Below, piece by piece: positions 1 through 10,234 of a DNA stretch of 64,000 bases. The position numbers and the translations under genes were made by a program. The number at the start of each line of letters is the position of its first letter. Positions within the stretch are counted from its first letter, which is position 1. The notes beneath the pieces were generated by a model. It was not told the origin of the DNA. It saw nothing but the letters and a program-made list of their open reading frames with translations, and did no database searches. The DNA comes from Thermoplasmatales archaeon SW_10_69_26 (GTDB lineage: Archaea; Thermoplasmatota; SW-10-69-26): contig PXUB01000025.1 in assembly GCA_003009755.1 (NCBI GenBank), positions 14,205 to 78,204 of the forward strand, written 5' to 3'.

Positions 1-1254
1 TCCGACGACGACGCCGACGGGATCGCAGCCGCCGGCATCCTGACCCGTGCGCTGGACCGGGCCGCGATCCCGTTCCACCTGACCCTGGACCGGTTGCACG
101 TCGACGAGTACCGCGACCTGCAAAGCCACGACGCGGTGCTCTTGCTCGACCAGGGCTCCGGCGAGCTCGACGAGCTGGCCAACCACCCCGGCACCGTGAT
201 CGTGCTCGACCACCACCAGATCGAGGGCCGAGCCCCGCACGCTCTCCACGTGAACGCTCACATGGAGGGCATCGACGGGACCCACGACGCCTGCACGAGC
301 GCGATCGCGCTCCTGACGGCGCTCGAGCTCTCGCCGGACAACGTCGACCTGGCGCCGATCGCGATGGCCGGCATCGTCGGCGACCGCCAACACGTCCCCG
401 AGCTCGGCGAGATCAACAGCTCGATCGCGGACCGCGGCACCGACGAGGGTTCCCTGTCCATCGTCGAGGGCCTGGATCTGCCGCCGCGCGAGCCCTTGGC
501 CGACGCGCTGGCGACGAGCACGGACCCCTACCTGCCGACGATCGGCGGGCGTGCCTCGCGAGCCGCCGGGTTCCTCGAGGAGCTGGGCTTCGAGGCCGAC
601 CACCGGCTGGTCGACCTCGACGAGGACGCTCGCGGACGGCTCACCTCCGCCATCGTGGCTCACCTGGTGAAGCACGGGGCCGAGCCGGACGCGGTCGAGC
701 AAACCGCCGGCCAGCGCTACGAGGGCCAGGTCTGCGGTCGCCGGATGAGCGCCGGCCGGTTGGCGGCGATCTTCAACGCCTGCGAGCGCGAGGACGAACC
801 CTCGCTGGGTGTCGCGATCGCCCACGGCGACCGCGAGGCGCTGCGCGCCGGCGAACGCCACGTCGAACGCTACCGGGACAGCCTGCTCGAGGGCCTCGTC
901 CAGCTCGAGAACGACCCGCCGGAGGCGCGCGCCGCGATCCAGGCCTTCGACGCGATCGATCCCGAGCTCGTGGGCGCCCACTGCGGGTTGGGGATGACCT
1001 ACCTGTTCGACAAGGCCCGCCCGACGTTCGGGCTCAAGTCCAGCAACGGGAACCTGAAGATCAGCGGGCGCGCCACGCCCCAGCTCGTGGACGCCGGCGT
1101 CGATCTGGCCGAGGCGCTGGCCCAGGCCGCCGACGAGCACGACGGCAACGGCGGCGGGCATCCGATCGCGGCCGGCGCGATGATCCCCGCCGACCAGCGC
1201 GAGCCGTTCCTGGCTCGCCTCGACGAGCTCGTGGAGGCCCAGCTGCGTGGCTGA
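1..1254 (+). CDS. RecJ/Cdc45-like DHH-family phosphoesterase (5' end outside window)
   Basis: Frame open from base 1: SDDDADG (motif I), LLDQG, LDHH, GIVGDRQ and C-terminal DHHA1 GGGHPIAAG; followed by Pcc1 as in the common archaeal arrangement. Confidence 0.9.
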   Translation, partial: SDDDADGIAAAGILTRALDRAAIPFHLTLDRLHVDEYRDLQSHDAVLLLDQGSGELDELANHPGTVIVLDHHQIEGRAPHALHVNAHMEGIDGTHDACTSAIALLTALELSPDNVDLAPIAMAGIVGDRQHVPELGEINSSIADRGTDEGSLSIVEGLDLPPREPLADALATSTDPYLPTIGGRASRAAGFLEELGFEADHRLVDLDEDARGRLTSAIVAHLVKHGAEPDAVEQTAGQRYEGQVCGRRMSAGRLAAIFNACEREDEPSLGVAIAHGDREALRAGERHVERYRDSLLEGLVQLENDPPEARAAIQAFDAIDPELVGAHCGLGMTYLFDKARPTFGLKSSNGNLKISGRATPQLVDAGVDLAEALAQAADEHDGNGGGHPIAAGAMIPADQREPFLARLDELVEAQLRG

Positions 1255-1477
1255 GCGCCGCTTCGCCCTCGACTGGTCGCTGGAGATCGAGCACGAGCAC
1301 GCCGAGCAGCTGGCCGAGGCCCTGGCGCCGGAGACCGACGACCACGCCCGGCTCCGTGCCGAGGGCGATCGCCTCGTCCTCGAGGGCGAGGGCTCGGCCG
1401 GCGAGAGCCTGCACACGCTCGACGACGCGCTCGCCTGCCTGACCGGCGCCGTCGAGGTGCTCGACGAGACGGAGTGA
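1247..1477 (+). CDS. pcc1: KEOPS complex Pcc1-like subunit
   Basis: 76 aa, overlaps the DHH stop; ALAPE...SLHTLDDALACL resembles Pcc1; context fits. Confidence 0.7.
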   Translation: MAERRFALDWSLEIEHEHAEQLAEALAPETDDHARLRAEGDRLVLEGEGSAGESLHTLDDALACLTGAVEVLDETE

Positions 1478-1619
1478 CCGCCGCTCCCGCAGAGGACGGG
1501 CGCTGCTCGTCCCCGCCGGCCTCGTCCAGGTTTCCGCCGGGCAGGGTGGCGGCCAAGCCGGACGCGGTTTTCTGTCCCCCTCCGCCCACGGCCGCGCTCA
1601 CGAGTGGGGCAACTCCCAG

Positions 1620-2302
1620 TCAGGCAAAACGTCGACGCAGGAGTGTCGCTAGCGAGGGAGCCGGGACTGAGATCTCGCTGGTGGCTTCGTCGGGGAGCAG
1701 CGCCATCACGATGATGCCGCAGCCCAGGTGCCGAGCCCGATCCGTCCGTAGGCGTCGAAGATCGTGGAGTCGACCGGCAGGTCTCCGAGCCTGTCGATCT
1801 CTCGTTGAACGCCCGACTGGAAGGTTCGCCAAAGCCAGGCGAGTAGGAGCAAAGCCGCGCCGATGAGTTTCAGCGATCGTTGGCGCTGGGCGGCGGTGTC
1901 GAAGATGCCGCCCAAGGGGATCAACCCGACCGCGGCGAACCCGCCGATCAGGTGCACGAAGAATGCCCACGTGGCGACGAGCAACATGAGCGCGGCCGAC
2001 GAGAACCGCTCTCGACCCTCCTCGGCCAAGGTGCTCGTGGCCGGCATCTAGGCCAGCGAGAACCCGATCGGTACGAAGAACGCCCGGCCCCAGAAACGGG
2101 CTGTGCTCGGTATCAGGCCGACGAACGCGGCCGCGGGAATCGCTGCCGGGTCCGGTCTCAACAAGGCGTAGACGCCGAACGAGATGAACGCCATCCACGC
2201 GGCGGGCAGGTACTCGAACATCGGCTGCCAGCCAACCCCCGTGAGCTCTTGTACTTCGGCGAAGAGCAGGTGGTAGCCGTGTTCGTGCACGGCGCCGCGC
2301 AA
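1620..2302 (-). pseudogene. Disrupted multi-pass membrane protein
   Basis: ORFs 2048..2302 and 1706..2047 are in the same frame, separated by one TAG (2048-2050); the hydrophobic tail continues in another frame (LGCGIIVMALL) after ~1725. Confidence 0.55.
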
Positions 2303-2387
2303 GGGGAAAGCCCTCCTGGTCCCTCGTGTCTCCCGTCACCCAGTTGACGAACACGGTGTCTGTACGCTGGATGCCGGAGATGTATCC

Positions 2388-2685
2388 TCAGTGTACGTTT
2401 GCGTCGACGTGCATCATGTACTCGTCCCCGTCGCGCTCGCCGGTGACGAAGTAGTCGAACATCGCGCGGCCGAGGGTGACGAGCGCGGGGACCTCCTCGG
2501 GGATCCCGTTCTGATCGTTGAAGGTGTCCAGGTGGAGGACGAACCCGCTGGAGAACACGAACAGCAAGGCCAGGCCGAGGCCGAGCCCGGTGGCCAGTTT
2601 CTTGCAGGCGGCGCCGGACAGGCGCGAGGCATCCGGCTCGGGTAGGTTAGCCCTTCGGTTGGCTTCCTCGTCGCTGGCTTCCCAT
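2388..2685 (-). pseudogene. Membrane-protein fragment without start codon
   Basis: Unlisted minus frame reads WEASDEE...KKLATGLGLGLALLFVFSSGFVLHLD...MHVDANVH*, preceded by TGA. Confidence 0.35.
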
Positions 2686-2899
2686 CATACGCTTCCCGGT
2701 CGACGGAGCGAGCCCCACCATAGAGCGATGCAACGGGGTCGATCGGATTTCGCGAGTCCACCATCAGCGAGTTTTTCCTTGCTTTCTTTGAGATCCAACG
2801 GGCGAACAGAGGGTGTGCGCGGCGCCTTGGCGCTGGCCGTTTGGTTTCAGGGACCTGCTCTCCGGTTTCTGTATGCTTGGTCGCGTACATCCGGACGGG

Positions 2900-3082
2900 A
2901 TGGTTGGCGCCAGAGAGGAATTAGCGGCCATCGTTCAGGATCTCGGCGAAGCCGACGCGGAGTTGGTCCTGAGCTCCGTTCACCTGCTCCGGACTGAGAA
3001 CGGAAAAGCGGCTCGAGCTCTCCGTTCAGCACTCCTCGAGAGCCGTCGAGGAGGCCGCGACGGTGAACGCCCAGCACGTTGA
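2900..3082 (+). CDS. Small hypothetical protein (possible antitoxin-like remnant)
   Basis: MVGAREELAAIVQDLGEADAELVL amphipathic helices; C-terminus looks degenerate. Confidence 0.3.
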   Translation: MVGAREELAAIVQDLGEADAELVLSSVHLLRTENGKAARALRSALLESRRGGRDGERPAR

Positions 3083-3180
3083 CGGTCTCGCGTTCGAGGT
3101 GTAGCCCGACCGCGAGGAGGTGCGGGCGCCGGGAGGGGACACGGCCGTCCGGCCGGGCGATTGACCATTGTCAGACCGCC

Positions 3181-3681
3181 TCAGTCCTCGGCGGCTTCCT
3201 TGAGCCTCTCGTAGAGCTTCGGTGACAGGTAATAGCCGAGTTCGAGGAGTCGGTCCAGTCGGCGCTCGAAGCCCCCGCTCGTGAGATCGCCGCGGCGGGC
3301 AGACCTCAGCAACAGGAAGGGCGTGCTGACGGGCGAGAGGTCCAACGTCTTCGCCGCTTGGATGGCGGTCTTGTCGTCGAGGATCACCTCGTCGATCTCC
3401 CGTTCGAGGGCCAAGGCGAGCACGGAGGATTCCCCCTCGTGGATGTTGGCGAGGTTGTGGGGGAGCCGGTCGGGGTCGGCCTGGATGGGTTGGATCCGGC
3501 CTTGGTCGACGACCGTATTGATGAGGTCGATCTCGGCGTGCTGCTCGGGGTTGCGAGCCCGGATCTTGTCCAGAACGATCAGAGTGGTTGCGACAGGTTC
3601 GGGCAACAGATCGAGCTCGCCCAGCTTTCCCAGGAAGATGAGCGGAGAGGCGTTGACGACACTCTCGACGTCGGATCTCAC
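3181..3681 (-). CDS. PIN-domain toxin-like protein (DUF3368 family)
   Basis: VVNASPLIFL, HEGESSVLALA, VILDDKTA PIN motifs; overlaps the upstream antitoxin by 4 nt. Confidence 0.85.
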   Translation of the reverse strand: MRSDVESVVNASPLIFLGKLGELDLLPEPVATTLIVLDKIRARNPEQHAEIDLINTVVDQGRIQPIQADPDRLPHNLANIHEGESSVLALALEREIDEVILDDKTAIQAAKTLDLSPVSTPFLLLRSARRGDLTSGGFERRLDRLLELGYYLSPKLYERLKEAAED

Positions 3682-3974
3682 TCGAGTCCCTCGATCTGAT
3701 CCTCGAGGAGCCCTTCGTCGGTTCGAAGCCCGCGCCCGCGCGCCTGTAACTCCTGGAGGAAGGTGACGAGGTCGATCCCGGCCGAGGAGGCAGCCTGCCA
3801 GGCCGTGGTCCCTCCTCGCTGGTATCGTTCCACGGCCTGGTCGAGCGACAGGTCCTCGATGCCGCGTTCGAGAGCGCGCCGGATGACGGTGGACCGGTCC
3901 ACGTGCTCGTCATCGGCCATTTCGTCGAGGGCTTCGAGGAGGCCTTCTGGCAACCGAACGGTGGTCGTCGGCAT
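3678..3974 (-). CDS. Antitoxin: ribbon-helix-helix plus UPF0175-like domain
   Basis: MPTTTVRLPEGLLEALD...DRSTVIRRAL (RHH), then AVERYQRGGTTAWQAASSAG (UPF0175-like). Confidence 0.85.
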   Translation of the reverse strand: MPTTTVRLPEGLLEALDEMADDEHVDRSTVIRRALERGIEDLSLDQAVERYQRGGTTAWQAASSAGIDLVTFLQELQARGRGLRTDEGLLEDQIEGLE

Positions 3975-4195
3975 CGAATACGATATGTTCTACGTGAATG
4001 CATAAGGGTTGTGGCTGGCTCGATGCTTCGCAGTCGGGACCTGTGCTCGTTCTTAACGTCGAGTGGAGCAACCGGCCTGTGCCATTCCAGATCGAGGACG
4101 ACGGCCTGCGGACCTCCCTTGGACCCGGCTAGAGGGCCGCTGACAATGTCTTTCGGGTTTCAACGGTTCTTAGGCCTCGAGGGGACGACAGCAGG

Positions 4196-4551
4196 TCAGC
4201 GGAGCCTCCCGGCGCAACCTCGTGCAACTCCGACCCCGTCCAACTCGTCCTCGGCGGACTCATCCTCTGCGCCTCCGGCCTCACGTGGACGTGGGCGTTG
4301 GTCGAGGCACGGGTTGTACAGGGTCCGACACGGGCACAACGTCCAGCCTAACTCCTCGTGCTGGTCCTGCGAGAGGTACAGTCGGAGGTCCAGCGTGCGC
4401 GTGGGCATCAGGCGCCGAACCAATAGCTTCAACACCCACAAACCGTCGGGATTTTCCTGTCAAAGAGGGCGTCGAACCCACTCTCTTCCTCCGACCGGGC
4501 GGGCATACCCCCGGCCTAGAGGCCAGGGCCCTGCCCGCCCACAAAAGGTAG
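4196..4551 (-). mobile_element. Remnant of an IS200/IS605-family element (truncated tnpB N-terminus plus terminal hairpin)
   Basis: From ATG 4408: MPTRTLDLRLYLSQDQHEELGWTLCPCRTLYNPCLDQR resembles the OrfB HTH (RLYP...CR.LYN..L..R); long hairpin at 4497-4540 (GGGCGGGCA...GGCCT-AG-AGGCC...TGCCCGCCC). Confidence 0.6.
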
Positions 4552-4632
4552 GAAAGATACGAGGAGGAGAGGGGAGGAGGGGGCAGACTCCTCCCCGCCT
4601 CCTTGCGGAGGCCGGCGGTTGGTTTCGCCGGC
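4545..4632 (-). terminator. Putative terminator of the surface-protein gene
   Basis: GC hairpins followed on the minus strand by a long C/T tract (CTCCTCCCCTCTCCTCCTCG...CTTTT). Confidence 0.45.
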
Positions 4633-4642
4633 TTGAGCTCGG

Positions 4643-7600
4643 CTAGTTCTCCTGCTCTTGCATGTAGAACCAGCCGGCGGCGCCGATGACGGCGAGCACG
4701 ATCACGATCCACACCCATCCGGGGATGCCGCCGGGCTCGGTTTCGTCGGGCTCCTGGGCCTGCGAGGTTTCGTAGGACCAGTCTCGGGGCGCGCTGTTCC
4801 CGGCGCTGTCCTCGATCACCAAGCGCACGTCCATCGTCTCCTCGCTCTGCAGGTCCGAGGGGATCGATGCCGTCACGGTTCCGTCCTCGATCGACGCGGA
4901 GACGTCCTGACCGTTGATGGTCAGCGTCGTGTCCGTGATCGGGCAGCTGCCCTCCTCGATCGAGACCTCGATCGGCGTCGTCGGGTCGACGCCCGTTGCC
5001 CCGTCCAAGGGTTTCACCTGCAAGATCTGGGGTCCGTCGGGACAGGCCTCGGGTGAGACCGTGAACGTCCAGGTCTCTGTCGTGCTCTGCTTGGCGAAGT
5101 CCTGAACCGTGGCCTCGACGGTGTGCTCGCCCTCGGAGAGGTCGGTGGTGTGGATGTACTCGAACCCGTTCTCGTCGACCTGCAGATCGCCGGTCGTGCT
5201 ATCGCGCTGCTCTCCGTCGATCGTGAGCTCAAGCGTGTCGGGGTCCACGCCCTGGTTGTCCGACCAGTTGGCGCTGATCGTCGGCTTGACTTTCTCGATC
5301 GTCCCGGTGGGCTCCGTCGAGCTGATCGTCGGAGGCTCCACGTCGAGCGCGACGGCGAACACGGAGAAGCTTCCCGTCTGTGCGCTACAGCTTCCGCCAC
5401 TGCACTGCGTGGGCGTGGGTTGCCACTGGCCGGTGTCGTGCAGGAGCATCACCTGATCTTCGTTCGTGTTGGGCGGCTGATCGAACTCGATCGTCGCGTC
5501 GTCGACGTTCCCCTCGACGACGTTGCCGTCCGCGTCGACCATGTCGACCTGCATGTAGGAGAGCACGTCGGCTCCGCTGGGATCCGGCGGGGTGCCGGGC
5601 GGGGGCGACGAACTCGTCGTGATCTGTAGGCTGCAGCCCGTACAGACGTTGGCGAGGTTCACGGACACCGAGTTCACGCCCGGCGGGAGCCCTTGCGTGA
5701 CCGTCACCTGGGCGCCCTGCTGCCCGTTGAACGGCTGGTTGTTGCCCACCTGGACCTGTTGACCGGTCGGCGGCGCTGCACCGCCGCCTCCGCCACCGCC
5801 GCCACCTGCTTGGGTGACGGTGAACTGGATCCACGGCGTCGAGAACGCGGCGGATTGCTGTTTGAACGTGAGGATCGTCTCGAAGACCGAGTCGAATGCA
5901 GCTGTTAGGTTGTCCTCCTCGGCGATCAGGAAGTGGTCGTCCTGGATCTTGTCGTTTTGCCAGGCGGCTCGGACCTCGCTACCGAAGGAGCCGGCCGAAA
6001 CATCGCCCAGGCGCCGATCGGCCGAGTTCGCGGTGAGGCTCTGGTCGGCGTCGGCGTAAACCGTGTCGCTCGAGGAGTACGTCGCGTTCCCGTCTTCATC
6101 CAAGAAGTCCCATTGGTCGACCGCGAGGCCGGACGGCGGGGACGTGCTGAGCGTGTTGCCGACGGCACTGTCGCCGGACTGGACCGAGGTGCCCGCGTTC
6201 GAGCCGCTCAGATAGATGTCGCCCGCCGCGACGGAACCGGTTCCGCCGATGTCGACGAACACGTTATCGCCGACCGAGTACCCGTACTCGCTGTCTTCAT
6301 CGTGGTAGTCGACGAGCGTTCCGCTCGGCATTGCCGTGTACGGGTCGCCGAGGTCGCTGTCGCCTGTTTCGACTTGCGTGCCGGGATCCTCTCCACCTGC
6401 GGCAGTGAGGCGGAGGTCCGCCGTCGTGACGGCGCCGGAGTTGCACCCGCCAGCCGTCGCTGCGTACAACGGCTCACCGGAGTCGACTGCGGCGTCGTTA
6501 TCGTTGTCGACGAAACAGAGTGCGAAGCCGGGCGGGGAGCCGGCGAGCGCGGACCCGCGGTCGGCGTCGTGGTCGCGCTTGGGCTCGCTGGCCAGGTCCC
6601 ACATCAGCTCGCTGTCGGCCCCGCTGCTAAACGCGACGGAGAAGACGTCGATGTCGTTGTCCTTGGCGGCTTGCGCCTCCTTGCGGGGCTCGGATCCCTC
6701 GTTCTCTCCGCCGTCGGCCATGACGACCATGAAATCCTTGGCGTCGTCGCGGCCACTGTTGTTGAAGTCCTCGTGCGAGAGGCTGATCCCGGCACCGATC
6801 GCGGTGGAGCCGCCGGCCGAAATGTTGTCGATGGCCGTTTTCGTTTTACTGTGGTCCCCGGTCAGCGACTGCCGGAGCATCTCGTCACCGTCCGATTCGA
6901 AGGAGACGAGGCCCGACTGGTCGGCGGATCCGAGCTTGTCGACGAGGTCCTTGCCGGCCGTCCGGGCCTCGTCGATCGGGTCGCCGCTCATGCTGCCGGA
7001 TTCGTCGAGCACCAGCCCGACATCCGTCTCGCCTCCACCGCTGGTTTGAGCTTGACCCACGATCTCTGAGCTGGTCTCGGCCAACGCGGTCAGGTAGTAA
7101 TTTTCGCCCACGTCGAGCCGCGAGGCGGCGACATCGATCTCGTAGATCAAGTGGAGTGTGCCGTTCGTGTACCCGTAGCCGTAGCCGTAACCGAAATCGA
7201 CCTGGCTGCGGTCGCCGGTCTCATACCCGTATCCGTAACCGTAACCCTGCTTTTCGGAGACGGGAGAGCTTGTGTCGTACCCGTACCCGGTCTGGGTAGC
7301 CTTGCGCTCACCCTTCGTGAAGTATCCGGAGCTCAGCTCGTACCCGGCGGGCGCCTGATATCCGCTGGAGGTCTCCTGGAGGCCCTTAGTGAACGCGCCC
7401 ACGTTTTCGATGCGTGTGATGACGTCGGCTTTGCTCTGGTTATTGACGAGCGACAGCTCGGCACCTGAACACCCGGACTTGACCTCCATCTCGCAACGGA
7501 CCCCGGACACGAAGTCGGGATTGACCTTGTCCGTTCGGTTCGGATTTTGCTTCTCGAGGACAGCCTCGATCGAGTTGATCGGGATCCGCTCGCCCTCCTC

Positions 7601-7798
7601 GATCTCGAACTCCACGAAGTAGGTCTCCACCCCTGAAGCCTCGGAGGGTCCGGAAATCTCCCCCTCGATTCCCTGTGCTCCCTGGAAGAGCCCCACGAGC
7701 AGGCTCCCCACGAGAGCGGTAGCGCCGATGAACGTGAGTACTTTGAGCGTCCGTTTGGAGTAAGCCAAGCTCAATCCCAACTCTGGGAATCGTTGCAC
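4643..7798 (-). CDS. Large cell-surface protein: signal peptide, GYG-rich domain, vWA with inserted repeats, PGF-pre-PGF-like and Ig-like domains, C-terminal TM anchor
   Basis: N-terminal hydrophobic segment; GYGYGYGY tracts; MIDAS LDESGSM...GSTAIG...MADG; poly-Gly linker; SFSVFAV; C-terminal WVWIVIVLAVIGAAGWFY; true start may be TTG 7780. Confidence 0.85.
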   Translation of the reverse strand: MQRFPELGLSLAYSKRTLKVLTFIGATALVGSLLVGLFQGAQGIEGEISGPSEASGVETYFVEFEIEEGERIPINSIEAVLEKQNPNRTDKVNPDFVSGVRCEMEVKSGCSGAELSLVNNQSKADVITRIENVGAFTKGLQETSSGYQAPAGYELSSGYFTKGERKATQTGYGYDTSSPVSEKQGYGYGYGYETGDRSQVDFGYGYGYGYTNGTLHLIYEIDVAASRLDVGENYYLTALAETSSEIVGQAQTSGGGETDVGLVLDESGSMSGDPIDEARTAGKDLVDKLGSADQSGLVSFESDGDEMLRQSLTGDHSKTKTAIDNISAGGSTAIGAGISLSHEDFNNSGRDDAKDFMVVMADGGENEGSEPRKEAQAAKDNDIDVFSVAFSSGADSELMWDLASEPKRDHDADRGSALAGSPPGFALCFVDNDNDAAVDSGEPLYAATAGGCNSGAVTTADLRLTAAGGEDPGTQVETGDSDLGDPYTAMPSGTLVDYHDEDSEYGYSVGDNVFVDIGGTGSVAAGDIYLSGSNAGTSVQSGDSAVGNTLSTSPPSGLAVDQWDFLDEDGNATYSSSDTVYADADQSLTANSADRRLGDVSAGSFGSEVRAAWQNDKIQDDHFLIAEEDNLTAAFDSVFETILTFKQQSAAFSTPWIQFTVTQAGGGGGGGGGAAPPTGQQVQVGNNQPFNGQQGAQVTVTQGLPPGVNSVSVNLANVCTGCSLQITTSSSPPPGTPPDPSGADVLSYMQVDMVDADGNVVEGNVDDATIEFDQPPNTNEDQVMLLHDTGQWQPTPTQCSGGSCSAQTGSFSVFAVALDVEPPTISSTEPTGTIEKVKPTISANWSDNQGVDPDTLELTIDGEQRDSTTGDLQVDENGFEYIHTTDLSEGEHTVEATVQDFAKQSTTETWTFTVSPEACPDGPQILQVKPLDGATGVDPTTPIEVSIEEGSCPITDTTLTINGQDVSASIEDGTVTASIPSDLQSEETMDVRLVIEDSAGNSAPRDWSYETSQAQEPDETEPGGIPGWVWIVIVLAVIGAAGWFYMQEQEN

Positions 7799-7800
7799 CC

Positions 7801-7817
7801 TATTTTTACCTTTTCAA
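7801..7817 (-). promoter_or_regulatory. BRE/TATA-like promoter of the surface-protein gene
   Basis: Minus strand GAAAAGGTAAAAATA, a rare AT-rich island just upstream of the gene. Confidence 0.55.
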
Positions 7818-7876
7818 GACCCCGCAAACCGGCCTCGGTCCAGATCGGCGTCAGCGAAGGGGGGAGTCAACCCTAC

Positions 7877-8912
7877 GGAAGTGCTTCTCAGGGTGTCTCA
7901 TTAACCCCCTCTACGCCGCTGCCCCCAACTACCCCCGAGCGCTCGAGCTGATCGTTCGGTCCAGGCGGGTCTCAACGATGCCTCCAAGCGCCTTGTCGAG
8001 GACCTTGCCCGAAACGGGCGGTGGTTGAAGCGAAATGTGAATGCGTCCAGATAGGTTGCACGGTCCCGTCTTCCACGTGGCGTGCACCTCCTACAGCACG
8101 CGCTTGAGGCTGCTGAACGCCGTGTGGCTCCACGGCAAAACGTCGTGCATCTCTTCATCGCCGTCGGGCTGGCGGACCTCGCGATCGCAAGCCGCAAGCC
8201 CGTTGTAGCCGTCCCCGTCGTCTGTCTACAGCGTGGAGGACTCGTAGACGCGGGCTCGCACGGTAGGGTCCAGGTTGTCCCCCGCAGCGCCGGGCGCGCT
8301 TGGCAGGTGCAGTTACTGGCCTGATCGTGCTTGTTCTCGACGAGGGCGACCACGCACTGCCTGGTGGTTCCACGGCCCGAGGGATCGTCGGGGCGCTTGC
8401 CGCCCACGTAGGTTTCATCGGCTTCCACCACGCCGTCTAACGACCGCTGCTGGGCGCGTCTCAGGATGCGGTAGATTTTCTGGCGGACGTTGTGCGCGGT
8501 CTCCGCGTGCACGTCGAGCGTGCGGGCCAGCTCGGGCTCCGTGGTGCCCTTTGTCGTCTTGACGATGTGGTCGATCGCCAAGAACCAGGTCTACAGGTCG
8601 AGCTTGGTGTCCTGCCGGATCGTACCGGCGGTGACACTGGTTTGCTTGCGGCATTCGTAGCACTCGGACAAGTTGCGGGTCTGGGTGAAGCCCCGGTGCT
8701 CGTCCTCGCCGCACGCCGGGCACGTGAACCCGTCCTCGCCTCAGCGGTGCTCGCGGAGGAACTGCCAGCAGTCCTCGTCGCTGGGGTGCTCGTTCACGAG
8801 TTCGGTCGGGCTGGGCAACGCATCGGCCATGCTCCCGAAGACGGTCGGTGGAGGGGTGTGGGTTCAGTCCGGGGTGGCTCGGTACCACTGACACAAGCCG
8901 AGAAGCACTTCC
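7877..8912 (-). mobile_element. Decayed IS1595-family (ISXO2-like) insertion sequence
   Basis: Terminal inverted repeats GGAAGTGCTTCTC (7877-7889) and GAGAAGCACTTCC (8900-8912), extendable to 24 bp with 4 mismatches; transposase from ATG 8830 has CPACG...CYECRKQ zinc ribbon, VEADETYVGG, TDDGDGY, YLDAFTFRFN, with in-frame TGA/TAG stops and frameshifts. Confidence 0.9.
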
Positions 8913-9130
8913 TTACTAAGGGGTCGTCTTAGTGAAGGGTGCTAAACGCAGGCCACCACTGGCCACTTCTGAGTGAAGGTCCAAGTCGCCTTCTTCACTC
9001 AGACGAGCCTTCGTCTCGCTGACTCTAGGACCGTTGTCTCACCTCGTCGGGCGGCGAGCTTGAGGTGGACGACCGGGACGGGCTTGCCGCTCCGTGGGGG
9101 CTTCTCTGCCTGGGCGATGCCCCCGCCGGA

Positions 9131-10116
9131 TCAAGGGATAAGCTCATCCACCGGCAACGGGAGCGCCCGACACACCAGCGTGGGGTCGTGGGAGAGGCGG
9201 CCGGCGACGATGCCCGTGAGCCCCACGAGGTACCGGTAGGGGGCCGGGGATCCGCCCCCAGCCAGGTCGATGGTGCTCTCGCGGATGGCCACGTCCCCTG
9301 GGTCGTCGGGGATCGGTTCGACGTGCTCCAGGTTGTCGATGAACCCTTTCCCGTGGTAGAGGCGGATGAGAGCCTCTTTTCGCTGCTCGGACGGTCGCTG
9401 TTGGCTAAGGAACAGGCCCACCCAGAGATGGTTGGGGCAGTCGTAGAGCTGATCGTCGACCGGCAGGCAGTCGAGGGAGTGGTTTGCGGATAAGGGGGTC
9501 GAGAGAGCTGGCCGCGGGCTTGCATCGATTGGACGCCGTCGTCGCTGCGGCGAGCCATCGCGAGACCGGCCGGGTCCAGGACCGGGCGGTCGCGGATCCA
9601 CAGCTGGGCGAGGTGGACCGTCGTCGGGTCCGTTGCGAGGGACGTTCGCTCCTCGTCGCGGACCGGCCCGGAGCGAGTGTCTTGGCCGACCGGGTTGGCG
9701 TGCGTGTAGGCCCGGATGTCGTTGTCGTTGGTTTCGCGGACGGGCAGGTGGTGGACCTCGAGGTGCTCGCCACGACGGCTGAAGAGGTGATCCGCGTGGA
9801 TGCCTTGGAAGACGAAGACGTCTCCGGGTCGGTGGGTGGGATCCTGGCTCGTGGTGGGCCGGAGGGCGGTCCCCAGCAGGACGCGGGGCCAGGAATCGCC
9901 GGGCAGGTGGAGGATGTGGTACGGGACAGCCCCGACAACCGGCTTGCCGGTCTGGGTCACGGTTTCGTAGGGGCGGGGGAGGGCATGGTCAACCCCCTGG
10001 CACCCGATCTCCCGCAGGACGTAACTACCGTTCTCATCGTCGCTCGACTGGCGCGGCCCCGTACAGGCAACGAGACGGTCCGGACCTGAGCCCCCGCGAT
10101 TCCCCCTGGTACGCAC
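9131..10116 (-). pseudogene. Frameshifted hypothetical protein
   Basis: Two protein-like minus-strand frames (Y/W-containing, GC3-rich) switch near 9490-9550; no family recognised. Confidence 0.35.
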
Positions 10117-10234
10117 GCAGCCAAGATTTAGGCAGACATCCTATGACGGGAGCTTGCGGGGCGGAACACGCGAATTGCATCGCTCGCGGCGAAAATATCC
10201 TTTCCGGACGATGTTGGGTCTACTCGTCCGGTGG

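Noticed and set aside
2045-2050. In-frame TAG between two membrane ORFs as possible pyrrolysine readthrough
   Set aside because: Fits a TGG-to-TAG nonsense change; the same gene also has a frameshift and lies in a decaying region; no pyl genes in the window
7869-8920. Target-site duplication around the IS1595
   Set aside because: Flanks AACCCTAC and TTACTAAG do not match, so no TSD can be claimed
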